Positions 26,321 through 36,080 of a DNA stretch of 64,000 bases are shown here, piece by piece. How positions within the stretch are numbered: the stretch's first letter is position 1; every line of letters starts with the position of its first letter. This stretch comes from Opitutales bacterium (GTDB taxonomy: Bacteria > Verrucomicrobiota > Verrucomicrobiia > Opitutales > Opitutaceae): contig JBIQJF010000005.1 of NCBI GenBank assembly GCA_044507675.1, forward strand, positions 14,708 to 78,707, in the 5' to 3' direction. Both the position numbers and the translations under genes were made by a program. The notes beneath the pieces were generated by a model that did no database searches, had not been told where the DNA came from, and saw nothing but the letters and a program-made list of their open reading frames with translations.

Positions 26321-26420
26321 ACAGAAGTCAGATGTCAGAGGACGGAAGACAGGGGGAGCCTATTTTGTGGATTGGGCTCGGAAATCTGTCCTCTGGCTTC
26401 CGTTTTCAGTCCTCCGGAAT
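26321..26420. repeat. Heptamer palindrome (same family as 13971-14047)
   Basis: ACAGAAG TCAGATG TCAGAGG ACGGAAG ACAGGGG ... CTGTCCT CTGGCTT CCGTTTT CAGTCCT CCGGAAT. Confidence 0.8.
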
Positions 26421-26425
26421 ACGTG

Positions 26426-27643
26426 TCACTTATCCAAACCAAACGCCGTGTGGGCGGCGCGCACGGCGTCGTCGGCCTTGGTGCGGTCGAGGGCGACGGT
26501 GATCTTGATTTCGGAGGTGGTGATGAGCTGGATGTTCACGCCTTTCTCGCCGAGCGCGGTGAAGAGCGTGGCGGCCACGCCAGCGTGCGTGCGCATGCCG
26601 ACGCCCACGACGGAAAGCTTCGCGATGTTGTCGAAGGCCTGCACTTCGCCACCGCCCAGTTGCTTCAGCACGGCGGGCAGCACGCGCACGGCGTTCTGCG
26701 CGTCGTCGCGCTGGACCGTGAAGGTGAGATCGGCGAGGCCGGCCGTGTGGCTCGTGTTCTGCACGATCATGTCCACGTTGATGGCGGCATCAGCCAGGGC
26801 TTTGAAAATGGTGGCCGCAGTGGCGGGCTTGTCGGGCACGTTGGTGATGGCGACCTTGGCCTGGTCCTTGTCCACGGCGACGCCGCGGACGACGACCTTC
26901 TCCATGTAGGCGACTTCTTCTTTCACGATGGTTCCTGGGTTGTGGTTGAAACTGCTGCGGACCTCGAACACGACGCCGTATTTCTTGGCAAACTCGACGG
27001 AGCGGGACTGCATGACTTTCGAGCCGAGGCTGGCGAGTTCGAGCATCTCATCGTAACTGATTTCCTCGAGCTTCTTCGCGTCTTTTACGACACGCGGGTC
27101 GGCGGTATAGACGCCGTCCACGTCGGTGTAAATCTGGCAAAGGTCGGCCTTGAGGGCGGCGGCCAGCGCGATGGCGGTGAGATCGGAACCGCCGCGGCCG
27201 AGCGTGGTAATCTGGCCTTGGTCATTGATGCCTTGGAAACCGGCCACGATGCACACCTTGCCGGCCTTGAGGTCGGACTCGATGGACTTCGGGATGATCT
27301 TTTTGATCTTCGCCTTGGTGAAAATCTCGTCGGTGACGATGCCCGCCTGCGCGCCGGTGTAAGACACGGCCGGAATGCCGATGGCCTGCAACGCCATGGC
27401 TGTGAGCGCGATCGTCTCCTGTTCGCCAACGGCCAGCAGCATGTCCATCTCGCGCGTATCAGGCCGGTCGGTGATCGCCTTGGCTTTGGCGATAAGCTCA
27501 TTGGTGACGCCGGAGCGGGCCGAGACGACGACCACGAGGCTGTGCCCTTCGTCACGAGACTTCTTGATGCGCTGGGCGACGTTCTTGATCCGGTCGATGT
27601 CGCCGACCGAAGTGCCGCCGTATTTCTGAACGATGAGAGCCAT
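26426..27643 (-). CDS. lysC: Aspartate kinase
   Basis: MALIVQKYGGTSV, TLGRGGSD, YTDVDGVYTADP, two ACT domains. Confidence 0.95.
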   Translation of the reverse strand: MALIVQKYGGTSVGDIDRIKNVAQRIKKSRDEGHSLVVVVSARSGVTNELIAKAKAITDRPDTREMDMLLAVGEQETIALTAMALQAIGIPAVSYTGAQAGIVTDEIFTKAKIKKIIPKSIESDLKAGKVCIVAGFQGINDQGQITTLGRGGSDLTAIALAAALKADLCQIYTDVDGVYTADPRVVKDAKKLEEISYDEMLELASLGSKVMQSRSVEFAKKYGVVFEVRSSFNHNPGTIVKEEVAYMEKVVVRGVAVDKDQAKVAITNVPDKPATAATIFKALADAAINVDMIVQNTSHTAGLADLTFTVQRDDAQNAVRVLPAVLKQLGGGEVQAFDNIAKLSVVGVGMRTHAGVAATLFTALGEKGVNIQLITTSEIKITVALDRTKADDAVRAAHTAFGLDK

Positions 27644-27982
27644 TGTCGTAAACCTGCTTAGATGGCCCGGGGCATCGGGTCTTGGCAAGGCGGGACTGAC
27701 AGGCTCACGTCATATTCCAAACTCTAAAGCACTTGTGCAAATCGGGGCGGCTGGGCGCGTTGTAAACACGACGACCCCCTTCACACCCACCAGCGTAATG
27801 CCCGCGATCAGACACCCATCGCAATGCCGTTGGCAGGCAGGTGCGGGTTCCCCGGCTCACGTTGTCCTTTCATTTAAGGACATTCGCACATGCCAAACCC
27901 GCCATCCGCTTCGACTTCCGCTCACACCCCGCTGCCGCCGAAAAATTCTTGCCGGCAGCAAGTCGGTTTCTTTTTCCGAAGC

Positions 27983-30055
27983 ATGCCTGGTCGCGTGGAA
28001 AAATACCTCATGGGAGGCATTTTCATAGCTGCACTCCTCTACAACTTTCTCGGCATCACCTATCACTGGTCGCAGGGATACCTCTCGGGCAACGGATTCA
28101 GGGAATCGCAGACCGCGCTGATTTGTTACTACATCGACCGGCAGGATAATTTTTCGCTGCTGTATGAAACGCCTCTGTTGGGCAAACCGTGGATTTCGAT
28201 CCTGCTGGAGGTCCCGCTGTATGAATGGGCCGTGGTCGGATTGAGCCGTCTCCTCGACCTGCCTCACGTCATCGCCGCACGGAGCGTCTCCGCGGCCTGT
28301 TTCTACCTCACCCTGCCGGCGGTTTATCTGTTGCTGGGGCACTTGAGGATCAGTCCTCCGCGCCGCCTGCTGGTTCTGGCCCTCACCTTGGCCTCGCCGG
28401 TTTATATCTGCTACTCCCGGGCCTTTCTGATCGATCCCATGGCCCTGATGGGAAGCGTGTGGTTCGTCTATGGATTTGCGCGAACCATGACCGAGCGGCG
28501 CGTTCGCTGGCTGCTGCTGGCCATCGGCGCTGGAACCATCGGCGCGCTGGTCAAGAATGCCATCTTCGCCGTCTGGTTGCTGCCGGCCGCGGTATACGGA
28601 ACATGGTTGTTGTGGCAGGATATCCGGGTCGCAAAGGGCTGGAAGCAACCTTTGACGACAATCGCATGGGGTCTCGCAACGGTGTTGGTTCCCTTGGGTC
28701 TGCTGCGCGGCTGGGTTCTTTATACGGATCCGATCAAAGCCGCGCATCCCTCCGCATGGATTTTCACTTCACAAAATCTTACCTTGGGGAACTGGGGCCT
28801 GTTCAATCCGAAACCAATTTTCTCCGCTGAAACCTGGAAGTTCTGGTTCGGCTGTTGGGAACAGGCCGTGATGCCGCGATGGCTGATCGGTGCAGCCTTG
28901 CTGACGGGAGCGCTGCTGGCCGGACAACGCCGGCTCGTGCTCGGCGCCGGTGCGCTCTTCTTTGCATCCCAGTTTCTGTTCCCCTTCGCCTACGCTTACC
29001 AAGACTACTATTACTACGGCAACGCGCTCTATCTGAACGCGGCCATCGGTTTCGCACTGCTGGCGATCCTCGACTCAAAACTGCCGCGCTGGCTGGCGCT
29101 GCCCGTCCTGTTGGTCCCGTTCGTCGCCCAAGTCACGACCTACTGGCAGGGTTATCGGCGGCTGCAGAGCATCGTCTCGTCAGGCGACGCCCCCCACACG
29201 GCGGCGTTGCGCGAACTGACACCGGAGAACTCCGTGATCGTGGTGGCGGGTGACGACTGGCTGGCGCTGACACCCTATTATTCACAACGCCGGGCGCTCA
29301 TGATTCGTCGCGGTCTCGAACACGATCCGGCTTATCTTCGTCGCGCTTTCCTCGACCTGGCAAACGAGGACGTCTCCGCCGTTGTGCTGTTTCGCGAACT
29401 GCGCACCAACCGGGATTTTCTCCATCTCGCAGCGATCCGGTTCGACTTGGATCTTACCCAGCCGACTTTCTCCGCCCACGATCTCGATGTTTACGTCACG
29501 CGGCCTTATATCCGGAACGTCCTGGCCGGACTCAAGCAAAGCGAACGCTATTCCACTCTTACCGCCGCGCCAGAGCCACCTCGGGATTCGGGCTCGGACG
29601 AACTAAAAGCGATCAGCGCCGAACTTGCGCGCGAAATGTTTGCCGAGGTCTCCCCTGCTCCCTCCCAATTCCGCTTCCGCTTCGATCCCGGCCGGCAACG
29701 CCGTCAAAATGATTCAGTTATCCTGGCCAATCCGGATGCGGATCTCTGGGTCGAACCTGCGGCGACCGCCACGCAGATTGAATGGGGGTTCGGAATTTTT
29801 CCGGAGGCTTACCAAACGCCCGGTCACGCGACCGACGGCGTCGAATTCATCATCACGGGCGAACAACCCGACGGCAGCTTTCGACGCCTCTATCGCCGCG
29901 TGCTCGAGCCCATGGCCGAGCCAGCAGATCGCGGCGATCAACGGGTGGTTATCGCCTATCGTCCCGTGCCGGGGGAAAGACTTCGGTTCAGCACGAGACC
30001 TGGCGGCGGATCGGCCTACGATTGGTCCTATTGGACCCGCATCGACGTGCGTTGA
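27983..30055 (+). CDS. Polytopic membrane protein, GT-C (PMT/ArnT-like) glycosyltransferase with soluble C-terminal domain
   Basis: FRESQTA and LLEVPLYEW loop motifs, YSRAFLIDP, ~11-13 TM helices then hydrophilic tail; start uncertain. Confidence 0.6.
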   Translation: MPGRVEKYLMGGIFIAALLYNFLGITYHWSQGYLSGNGFRESQTALICYYIDRQDNFSLLYETPLLGKPWISILLEVPLYEWAVVGLSRLLDLPHVIAARSVSAACFYLTLPAVYLLLGHLRISPPRRLLVLALTLASPVYICYSRAFLIDPMALMGSVWFVYGFARTMTERRVRWLLLAIGAGTIGALVKNAIFAVWLLPAAVYGTWLLWQDIRVAKGWKQPLTTIAWGLATVLVPLGLLRGWVLYTDPIKAAHPSAWIFTSQNLTLGNWGLFNPKPIFSAETWKFWFGCWEQAVMPRWLIGAALLTGALLAGQRRLVLGAGALFFASQFLFPFAYAYQDYYYYGNALYLNAAIGFALLAILDSKLPRWLALPVLLVPFVAQVTTYWQGYRRLQSIVSSGDAPHTAALRELTPENSVIVVAGDDWLALTPYYSQRRALMIRRGLEHDPAYLRRAFLDLANEDVSAVVLFRELRTNRDFLHLAAIRFDLDLTQPTFSAHDLDVYVTRPYIRNVLAGLKQSERYSTLTAAPEPPRDSGSDELKAISAELAREMFAEVSPAPSQFRFRFDPGRQRRQNDSVILANPDADLWVEPAATATQIEWGFGIFPEAYQTPGHATDGVEFIITGEQPDGSFRRLYRRVLEPMAEPADRGDQRVVIAYRPVPGERLRFSTRPGGGSAYDWSYWTRIDVR

Positions 30056-30092
30056 GGACGCGGACGAGACAGGCAATCCACCTTTCAGCCGG

Positions 30093-30788
30093 TCACGATG
30101 TCGGCGGCTTCTTGGCGAACTTGTTCTCCGTGCCGGCGAGCAGGCGTTTGATGTTCTCGCGATGGCGGATGATCACGAAGAGACCGAGCGCGGTGACGAC
30201 GACGTTGAGATAGATCGGGTTACCGCGCAGCCAACTGGTCGCGGGAACGGCGACCGACGCGAGGATGGAACCGAGCGAGACGTAGCGCGTGGCGTAAAAC
30301 GTGATCACCCACACGACCGCACCGATGAGGCATGAAGTGGGCACGAGCACGAGCACGCCGCCAGCGGCGGTGGCCACGCCCTTACCGCCTTTGAATTTCG
30401 TGAAGATTGAAAACGAGTGCCCAAGCACCGCGGCCACGACACCGGCCAGGCCAATCAACCGCCAATCATCGCCGGCGATCGTCGTGGCCTCGAATCCACC
30501 CCAGCCCTCGAAATCGTAGGTCACGGTCGTGCCCGTCCGCGCGAGCAGCGCCCAGCTGGCCGCAAATGCGCCTTTCAGCACGTCGAGCGCGAACACGAGG
30601 TTGCCGGCGCGTTTGCCTTTCGCGCCGAATTTCTCGCCGAGCACGCGCTTGACGTTCGTGGCGCCGGGGTTGCCACTGCCCTCCTTGAAAATATCAACGC
30701 CGTGCGCCCGGGCCACGATGGCGCCGAAAGGCAGTGACCCGAGCAGGTATCCAATGAAGGCGGAGACGAGTAACCCGGCGAATGGCAT
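30093..30788 (-). CDS. plsY: Glycerol-3-phosphate acyltransferase
   Basis: [35 protein letters not shown]. Confidence 0.95.
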   Translation of the reverse strand: MPFAGLLVSAFIGYLLGSLPFGAIVARAHGVDIFKEGSGNPGATNVKRVLGEKFGAKGKRAGNLVFALDVLKGAFAASWALLARTGTTVTYDFEGWGGFEATTIAGDDWRLIGLAGVVAAVLGHSFSIFTKFKGGKGVATAAGGVLVLVPTSCLIGAVVWVITFYATRYVSLGSILASVAVPATSWLRGNPIYLNVVVTALGLFVIIRHRENIKRLLAGTENKFAKKPPTS

Positions 30789-32377
30789 CAGAGAGTGACG
30801 ACCTGAGCCTGTTTGATGGCCCGATGGCTGGTCAACTCCTTAACCGTCGCCTCCGTCGGCGCGCTGTCGAGATTGAGCACGCAGAGCGCGGTGCCGCCGG
30901 CGTTGTTGCGGCTCAGCGACATCGCGGCGATGTTCACCTTCTCGCGGCCGAGGAGTGTGCCGACCATGCCGATGATGCCCGGCTCGTCGTGGTTCTCGTA
31001 AACGAGGAGCGCGCCCTTCGGTTCGGCTTCCACGTCGCGGCCGTTGAGCGCCACGATGCGCGGGCTGGCCGATTTGCCGAGCAATGTGCCGGTGGCCGAA
31101 AAAACCGCGCCGCCGGCCGTCACCGCCTCAACCTGCATGAGCTCGGTGTAATCGGTTTCGACGTTGGACTTCACGACCTCGGCCTGCACGCCGAGGCGTT
31201 CCAGCACGACGGGAGCGTTGATGAAATTCAGGCTCTCGCTGCTGATCCGGCTGAGGAAACCGCGCTGGATGGCACGGGTGACGGGGTTGGCGTCGAGTTC
31301 GACGATCTTGCCCCAGTAGGCGATGCGAAGCTTCTCGACGCGGTCAGTCGCGAGCTGCTGCACGAGCGTGCCGAGCTTGTTGCCGAGTTCGAGGTAGGGC
31401 CCGATGATCTTGAGCGTCGCGGCGTCGAGCGAGGGCATGTTGACGGCGTTGCGGATGACACCGCCGTTGAGCACGTCGGCGATCTGCTCCGCGACCTCCA
31501 CACCCACGGCGTCCTGCGCCTCGGCGGTCGAAGCGCCGAGGTGCGGCGTGAGGGTGACGTTGGGCAGTTTGCGCAACTCGTGGTCGGCGGCGAGGGGCTC
31601 GTCCTCGAACACGTCGAGACCGGCGGCAGCCACGTGGCCGGACTTGAGCGCGGCGACCAAGGCAGATTCCTTGATGATGCCGCCGCGGGCGCAGTTGAAG
31701 AGACGCACGCCCTTCCTGCACTTCGCAAGCGCAGCCTCGTCGATCATGTATTGGGTCTGCTCGGTCAGCGGCATGTGGACCGTGATGTAGTCCGCCTGCT
31801 TGAGCAGGTCATCGAGCGTCACGGCCTCAATCTGCATGGCCTTGGCGCGGCTCGGCGCGAGATAGGGATCGTAGGCGACCACGGTCATGCCGAAGGCCTG
31901 CGCACGCTTGGCGACCTCGGCGCCGATGCGGCCAAGACCGATGACACCGAGCGTTTTCTTGAAGAGCTCGATACCCGAGAAGCTCTTGCGGTCCCACTTG
32001 CCGTCGCGCATCGAGGCGGCGGCCTGCGGCACCGGACGGGCGCCGCACAGGATGTGGGTGAAAGTCAGCTCAGCCGTGGCAATCGTGTTACCCGAGGGCG
32101 TGTTCATCACGATCACGCCGCGTTCGGTGGCGGCGTCCACGTCCACGTTGTCCACGCCCACACCCGCGCGGCCCACGACCTTGAGCAACGGCGCGGCGGC
32201 GATGACTTCGGCGGTGATCTTCGTCTCCGAGCGGACGGCGATCGCGTGGACGTCCTTGACCAGTTCCAGCACCTTGGCCGGAGAGGAGCCGTAGGCCTCC
32301 ACCACTTCAAAGCCCTTCTGCGCGCGCAGGAAGGCAACTCCCTTGGGTGAGATCTTATCGGCAACGAGAATTTTCAT
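30788..32377 (-). CDS. serA: D-3-phosphoglycerate dehydrogenase
   Basis: [28 protein letters not shown] and ACT domains. Confidence 0.97.
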   Translation of the reverse strand: MKILVADKISPKGVAFLRAQKGFEVVEAYGSSPAKVLELVKDVHAIAVRSETKITAEVIAAAPLLKVVGRAGVGVDNVDVDAATERGVIVMNTPSGNTIATAELTFTHILCGARPVPQAAASMRDGKWDRKSFSGIELFKKTLGVIGLGRIGAEVAKRAQAFGMTVVAYDPYLAPSRAKAMQIEAVTLDDLLKQADYITVHMPLTEQTQYMIDEAALAKCRKGVRLFNCARGGIIKESALVAALKSGHVAAAGLDVFEDEPLAADHELRKLPNVTLTPHLGASTAEAQDAVGVEVAEQIADVLNGGVIRNAVNMPSLDAATLKIIGPYLELGNKLGTLVQQLATDRVEKLRIAYWGKIVELDANPVTRAIQRGFLSRISSESLNFINAPVVLERLGVQAEVVKSNVETDYTELMQVEAVTAGGAVFSATGTLLGKSASPRIVALNGRDVEAEPKGALLVYENHDEPGIIGMVGTLLGREKVNIAAMSLSRNNAGGTALCVLNLDSAPTEATVKELTSHRAIKQAQVVTL

Positions 32378-32543
32378 GGGAAAGGGTCAGGAAAGCAGAC
32401 ACGCCGCCCAAAATGCAACCTTCCAGAAGAACCCCACTGTCCGGCAAGGGCGGTTATGACGCGACACTGGGGCAAGGACGCGTTTCCATAAAGTGTGCCG
32501 CCACAGAAGGTTCCCGGTTGCACTGGCTTGCAACGCGGTTTCG

Positions 32544-33230
32544 ATGGAGGGCGTGAAATCCCCCATCCTGCCCCGCCTGCTCCTTACGCTCTGCACATTT
32601 CTCGCGCTTCTGGCGGCACCCGCCGCGAATGCTGCCCCGGAACGCTGGACCAAGGAAATCGACGCTCTCACCGCCAAGGACGCCACCAATCCGCCGCCCA
32701 CCGGCAGCGTGGTCTTCGTCGGCAGTTCATCCATCAAGCTCTGGAAAACGCTCGCGGAAGACTTTCCCGACATCGTCACGATCAACCGCGGTTTCGGTGG
32801 CTCGGAGCTGGCCGACAGCGTGTTTTATTTCGACCGCATCGTGCGGCCTTACCAGCCGCGCCTCGTGGTGCTATACGCCGGCGAAAACGACGTCCAAAGC
32901 GGCAAAGCGCCCGAAACCGTCCTCGCTGACTTCCAAGCCTTCCGTGCAAAACTTCATGCCGCCCTCCCCGCGACCAAGCTCATCTACGTCTCGATCAAGG
33001 AAAGTCCCTCCCGGGCACGCAAGGGATCGCTTTTTCTGGCCACCAACGAACTCATCGCCGCCGACTGCGCGACCGACAAGCGTTGCCTCTTCGTGGACGT
33101 GAACACTCCCATGCTCGACGCCAGCGGCGGCACGCGACCGGAGCTCTTCGCGAAGGACCAGCTGCACCTCAACGTCGACGGCTACGCCATCTGGAAGCGC
33201 GAACTCACGCCGCACCTCGCCACCAAGTAA
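32544..33230 (+). CDS. Exported SGNH/GDSL-family hydrolase
   Basis: Signal peptide, FVGSSS block I, NRGFGGS, YAGEND, DQLHLN; start 32544 or GTG 32553. Confidence 0.88.
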   Translation: MEGVKSPILPRLLLTLCTFLALLAAPAANAAPERWTKEIDALTAKDATNPPPTGSVVFVGSSSIKLWKTLAEDFPDIVTINRGFGGSELADSVFYFDRIVRPYQPRLVVLYAGENDVQSGKAPETVLADFQAFRAKLHAALPATKLIYVSIKESPSRARKGSLFLATNELIAADCATDKRCLFVDVNTPMLDASGGTRPELFAKDQLHLNVDGYAIWKRELTPHLATK

Positions 33231-33342
33231 GAGTTAAGAATGAGGAAGGAAGAAGAGACCCTGCTGTTTCCTCTGATTTCTTCCTTCATCCTTCTTAATT
33301 CTTCCTTTCCCGGGTTTCCGTGTATTCCGTGTGTTCCGTGGG
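33227..33342. repeat. Heptamer palindrome (TTCTTCC type) followed by three 9-mers TTCCGTGTN
   Basis: GTAAGAG TTAAGAA TGAGGAA GGAAGAA ... TTCTTCC TTCATCC TTCTTAA TTCTTCC; TTCCGTGTA TTCCGTGTG TTCCGTGGG. Confidence 0.75.
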
Positions 33343-33964
33343 CACTTCCTCCTCCCTCTCCCCCGCCGAACGCCTCCGCCGACAGATCGCTTTCATCGCC
33401 GAAGCGGACAAGCTCAAGGAGGTCTTCCGCCAGACCATCCTCACGCAGAGCCGCCGTGACGAGAACAGCGCCGAGCACTCCTGGCACTTCGCGCTCATGA
33501 TCATCGTGCTGGCGGAGCACTCCAACCACCAGCCACTCGACGTGCTGCGCGTCCTCAAGATGGTGCTCATCCACGACCTCGTGGAAATCGACGCGGGCGA
33601 CACCTTCGCCTACGACACGAAGAACATGGCCGACCAGCACGAGCGCGAGGCACGCGCCGCCGACCGCATCTTTGGCCTGCTGCCGCCCGACCAATGCGTC
33701 GAATTTCGCGCGCTCTGGGATGAGTTTGAAGCACGCCAGACGCCCGAATCGCGCTTCGCCGCCGCCTGCGATCGTTTTCATCCGATGCTGCTCAACTGCC
33801 TGACCGACGGCCACGCGTGGCGGAAACACGGCGTCACGCATGATCGTGTCCGCGCCCGCAACGCGCACGTCGCCGAAGGTTCGACGGCCATCTGGGAATA
33901 CGCCGTCAAGATGATCGACGACGCCGTGGCCAAAGGGCACCTCGCCCCGGGACCGAAACCTTAG
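33320..33964 (+). CDS. HD-domain phosphohydrolase (YfbR/HDDC2-like)
   Basis: ENSAEHSWH, LIHDLVEIDAGD, EFEARQTPESRFA; start uncertain because it lies in the repeat. Confidence 0.88.
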   Translation: MYSVCSVGTSSSLSPAERLRRQIAFIAEADKLKEVFRQTILTQSRRDENSAEHSWHFALMIIVLAEHSNHQPLDVLRVLKMVLIHDLVEIDAGDTFAYDTKNMADQHEREARAADRIFGLLPPDQCVEFRALWDEFEARQTPESRFAAACDRFHPMLLNCLTDGHAWRKHGVTHDRVRARNAHVAEGSTAIWEYAVKMIDDAVAKGHLAPGPKP

Positions 33965-33989
33965 ACCGGAATCGTTGATCCGCCTTGCC

Positions 33990-34014
33990 GGAGGGCTCGC
34001 GTCTCTGCGAGCCG
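33990..34014 (+). repeat. GGAG-tagged REP-like element
   Basis: GGAG-GG-CTCGCG-TCTC-TGCGAG-CC-G. Confidence 0.65.
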
Positions 34015-34039
34015 GCCCGCTTTCAGGACACTCAATACT

Positions 34040-34137
34040 CACCCCGGCGCGTTGCGCCACTCCCTCTTGATAGAGGGGAATCAAACTAGCGGCGTCCAAA
34101 ATCCCCTCTGGAGAGGGGCGGCCCTCAGGGCGGGGTG
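34040..34137. repeat. Composite palindromic element with CCCCTCT..AGAGGGG hairpins
   Basis: Outer IR CACCCCG/CGGGGTG; hairpins TCCCTCT-TGAT-AGAGGGG and CCCCTCT-GG-AGAGGGG. Confidence 0.65.
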
Positions 34138-34169
34138 TGGAATTAACCGCGCCTCACGCGTATGCCGAA

Positions 34170-35138
34170 TTACCGCAAACCGCAGTTCTTGCGGGCGCGG
34201 GCCATGACTTTGTCGGCCACGGCGCGGGCACGTTGGGCGCCATCGCGCAGCACCTGCTCGACGTGGTCGAGATTGGCGGCGAGTTCGGCGCGCTTGGCGC
34301 GGTAAGGCGCGAAGTGATTCCAGTAGTGCTCGAAGAGTCCTTTCTTCAGGTCGCCGTAGCCGAGACCGCCCGCGCGCAGGCGATTCTCGTAGTCGGCCGC
34401 CACGTCCTTCGGAGCAACGTGCTTCAAGAGCTGGATGGCGAGGTTCTTGTCGGCGTCGGGCTTGGGCTCCTGCGGCGTGCGTGAGTCCATGACGATGCCC
34501 ATGATCTTTTTGCGGAGCGCCTTCTCGTCGCCGAAGATCTCGATCGTGTTGCCGTAGCTCTTGGACATCTTCTGGCCATCGAGGCCGGGAATGACGGCAA
34601 CCTCTTCCGAGATGCGCTCCTCGGGCACGACGAAGGTCTCGCCATACGTGAGGTTGAACTTGATGGCGATGTCGCGCGTCATCTCGAGGTGCTGCTTCTG
34701 GTCCTTGCCGACGGGCACGACGTTGGTGTCGAAGAGCAGGATGTCGGCGGCCATGAGCACAGGATAAGAGAAAAGGCCGAAGTTGGGCGCGATGCCCTTG
34801 GCGAGCTTGTCCTTGTAGCTGTGGGCGCGCTCCAACAGGCCCATCGGCGTGAGTGAACCGATCATCCAGGTGAGTTCGCAAACCTCCGGGATGTCGCTTT
34901 GGCGCCAGAACACGGCTTTGGCGGGATCGAGTCCGCACGCGAGCCAGTCGAGCGCGATACCGAGCGTGTATTCGCGGCGCTCCTTCGGGTCGGTGATGAC
35001 CGTCATCGAGTGGTAATCCGCGATGAAGTAGAACGCATCGCCGCCCGCCTGCAGTTCGATGGCGGGGCGCATGGCGCCGAAATAGTTGCCGATGTGAAGG
35101 GTGCCGGAAGGCGTGATGCCGGTAAGGATGCGGGGCAT
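34170..35138 (-). CDS. trpS: Tryptophan--tRNA ligase
   Basis: TPSGTLHIGN (HIGH), VPVGKDQ, KMSKS. Confidence 0.97.
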   Translation of the reverse strand: MPRILTGITPSGTLHIGNYFGAMRPAIELQAGGDAFYFIADYHSMTVITDPKERREYTLGIALDWLACGLDPAKAVFWRQSDIPEVCELTWMIGSLTPMGLLERAHSYKDKLAKGIAPNFGLFSYPVLMAADILLFDTNVVPVGKDQKQHLEMTRDIAIKFNLTYGETFVVPEERISEEVAVIPGLDGQKMSKSYGNTIEIFGDEKALRKKIMGIVMDSRTPQEPKPDADKNLAIQLLKHVAPKDVAADYENRLRAGGLGYGDLKKGLFEHYWNHFAPYRAKRAELAANLDHVEQVLRDGAQRARAVADKVMARARKNCGLR

Positions 35139-35146
35139 TTTAGATG

Positions 35147-35228
35147 ATCGTGCTCGTTCTCTTAATCGTAATCTTTCTCAAGAAGCCGGATAGAGAGAAC
35201 GAGAAAGATTGGGAGAACGAGAAAGATT
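35147..35228. repeat. Hexamer-unit palindrome
   Basis: ATCGTGCTCGTTCTCTTAATCGTAATCTTTCTC then two GAGAACGAGAAAGATT copies (35195, 35213). Confidence 0.75.
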
Positions 35229-35233
35229 TTCGT

Positions 35234-35914
35234 TCAATCTCTGCGGGCGAGGGTCGTCACGCTGTGGCGGACGCGGGCGATGGTGGCGGCGGGCAAGACG
35301 CCGCCAAAGGACATCGTAGGCATGACCAAGGCGCGCGGGCCGAGCAAAGAGCCGGGATTGAGCACGGCGTTGCAACCGACCTCGGCCTTGTCCCCTAGGA
35401 TGGCGCCGAATTTCCGGAGCCCGGTCGCCACCGTGCGGTCAGGCAGGCGCACCGTTACCTCGGCCTGGTCGAGGCGGAGATTTGAGCAGATGGCCCCCGC
35501 CCCGAGATGCGCGCCGTTGCCGAGGATGGAGTCGCCCACATAGTTGAAATGCGGCACCTGCACGCCGTCCATGAGCAGGCAGTTCTTGAACTCGCTGGAA
35601 TTGCCCAGCACGCAGCCCTCGCCGGCAATGACGTTGCCCCGGATGAAGGCGCCCGGCCGGATGTCGGTATTGGCCCCAATCCATGTCGGGCCTTGGATGA
35701 CAGCAAAGGCCGGCAGCTTGACCGAAGGATGCAGCCAGACCTTGCCCTCGATCTGCACGCCGGCGGGGATTTTGAGTTCGAGCGGGCCGAAGGATTCGGC
35801 CTCCAAGGCCGCGGCGATCTTCTTCAACCACTCCCATGGCGCCGCCTCGCTCGGAAAAAACGCCGCAAAGCGGGCCAGCGAGGGAGGCAGGTTGAAGAAT
35901 TCGGAGGCTTTCAC
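35234..35914 (-). CDS. Left-handed beta-helix (hexapeptide) transferase, GlmU C-terminal-like
   Basis: IRPGAFIRG, NSSEFKN, VPHFNYVGDSILG, KFGAILGD; no N-terminal nucleotidyltransferase domain. Confidence 0.82.
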   Translation of the reverse strand: MKASEFFNLPPSLARFAAFFPSEAAPWEWLKKIAAALEAESFGPLELKIPAGVQIEGKVWLHPSVKLPAFAVIQGPTWIGANTDIRPGAFIRGNVIAGEGCVLGNSSEFKNCLLMDGVQVPHFNYVGDSILGNGAHLGAGAICSNLRLDQAEVTVRLPDRTVATGLRKFGAILGDKAEVGCNAVLNPGSLLGPRALVMPTMSFGGVLPAATIARVRHSVTTLARRD

Positions 35915-36080
35915 GGCGGCCTTGATAACGAAAACCCCAGTGGAAACCAGCGGTTTTTAGAAGTCTCGCCCGGCGACATGGCTATATGCGAACTGCCAGG
36001 CGTATCGGGCGAACCCCGAGATTCCCAACGGGGCTGCGCACCATGGCGGGGCCCTGCGGTTATGAGATGATAGCGGCATC

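Noticed and set aside
27644-27982. Lysine riboswitch or T-box upstream of aspartokinase
   Set aside because: No recognisable consensus on the minus strand; would need an Infernal scan
30782-32350. Long antisense ORFs (also 18559-20091, 26318-27661, 57945-59390 and others)
   Set aside because: Shadows of GC-rich, codon-biased genes on the opposite strand, with no recognisable motifs
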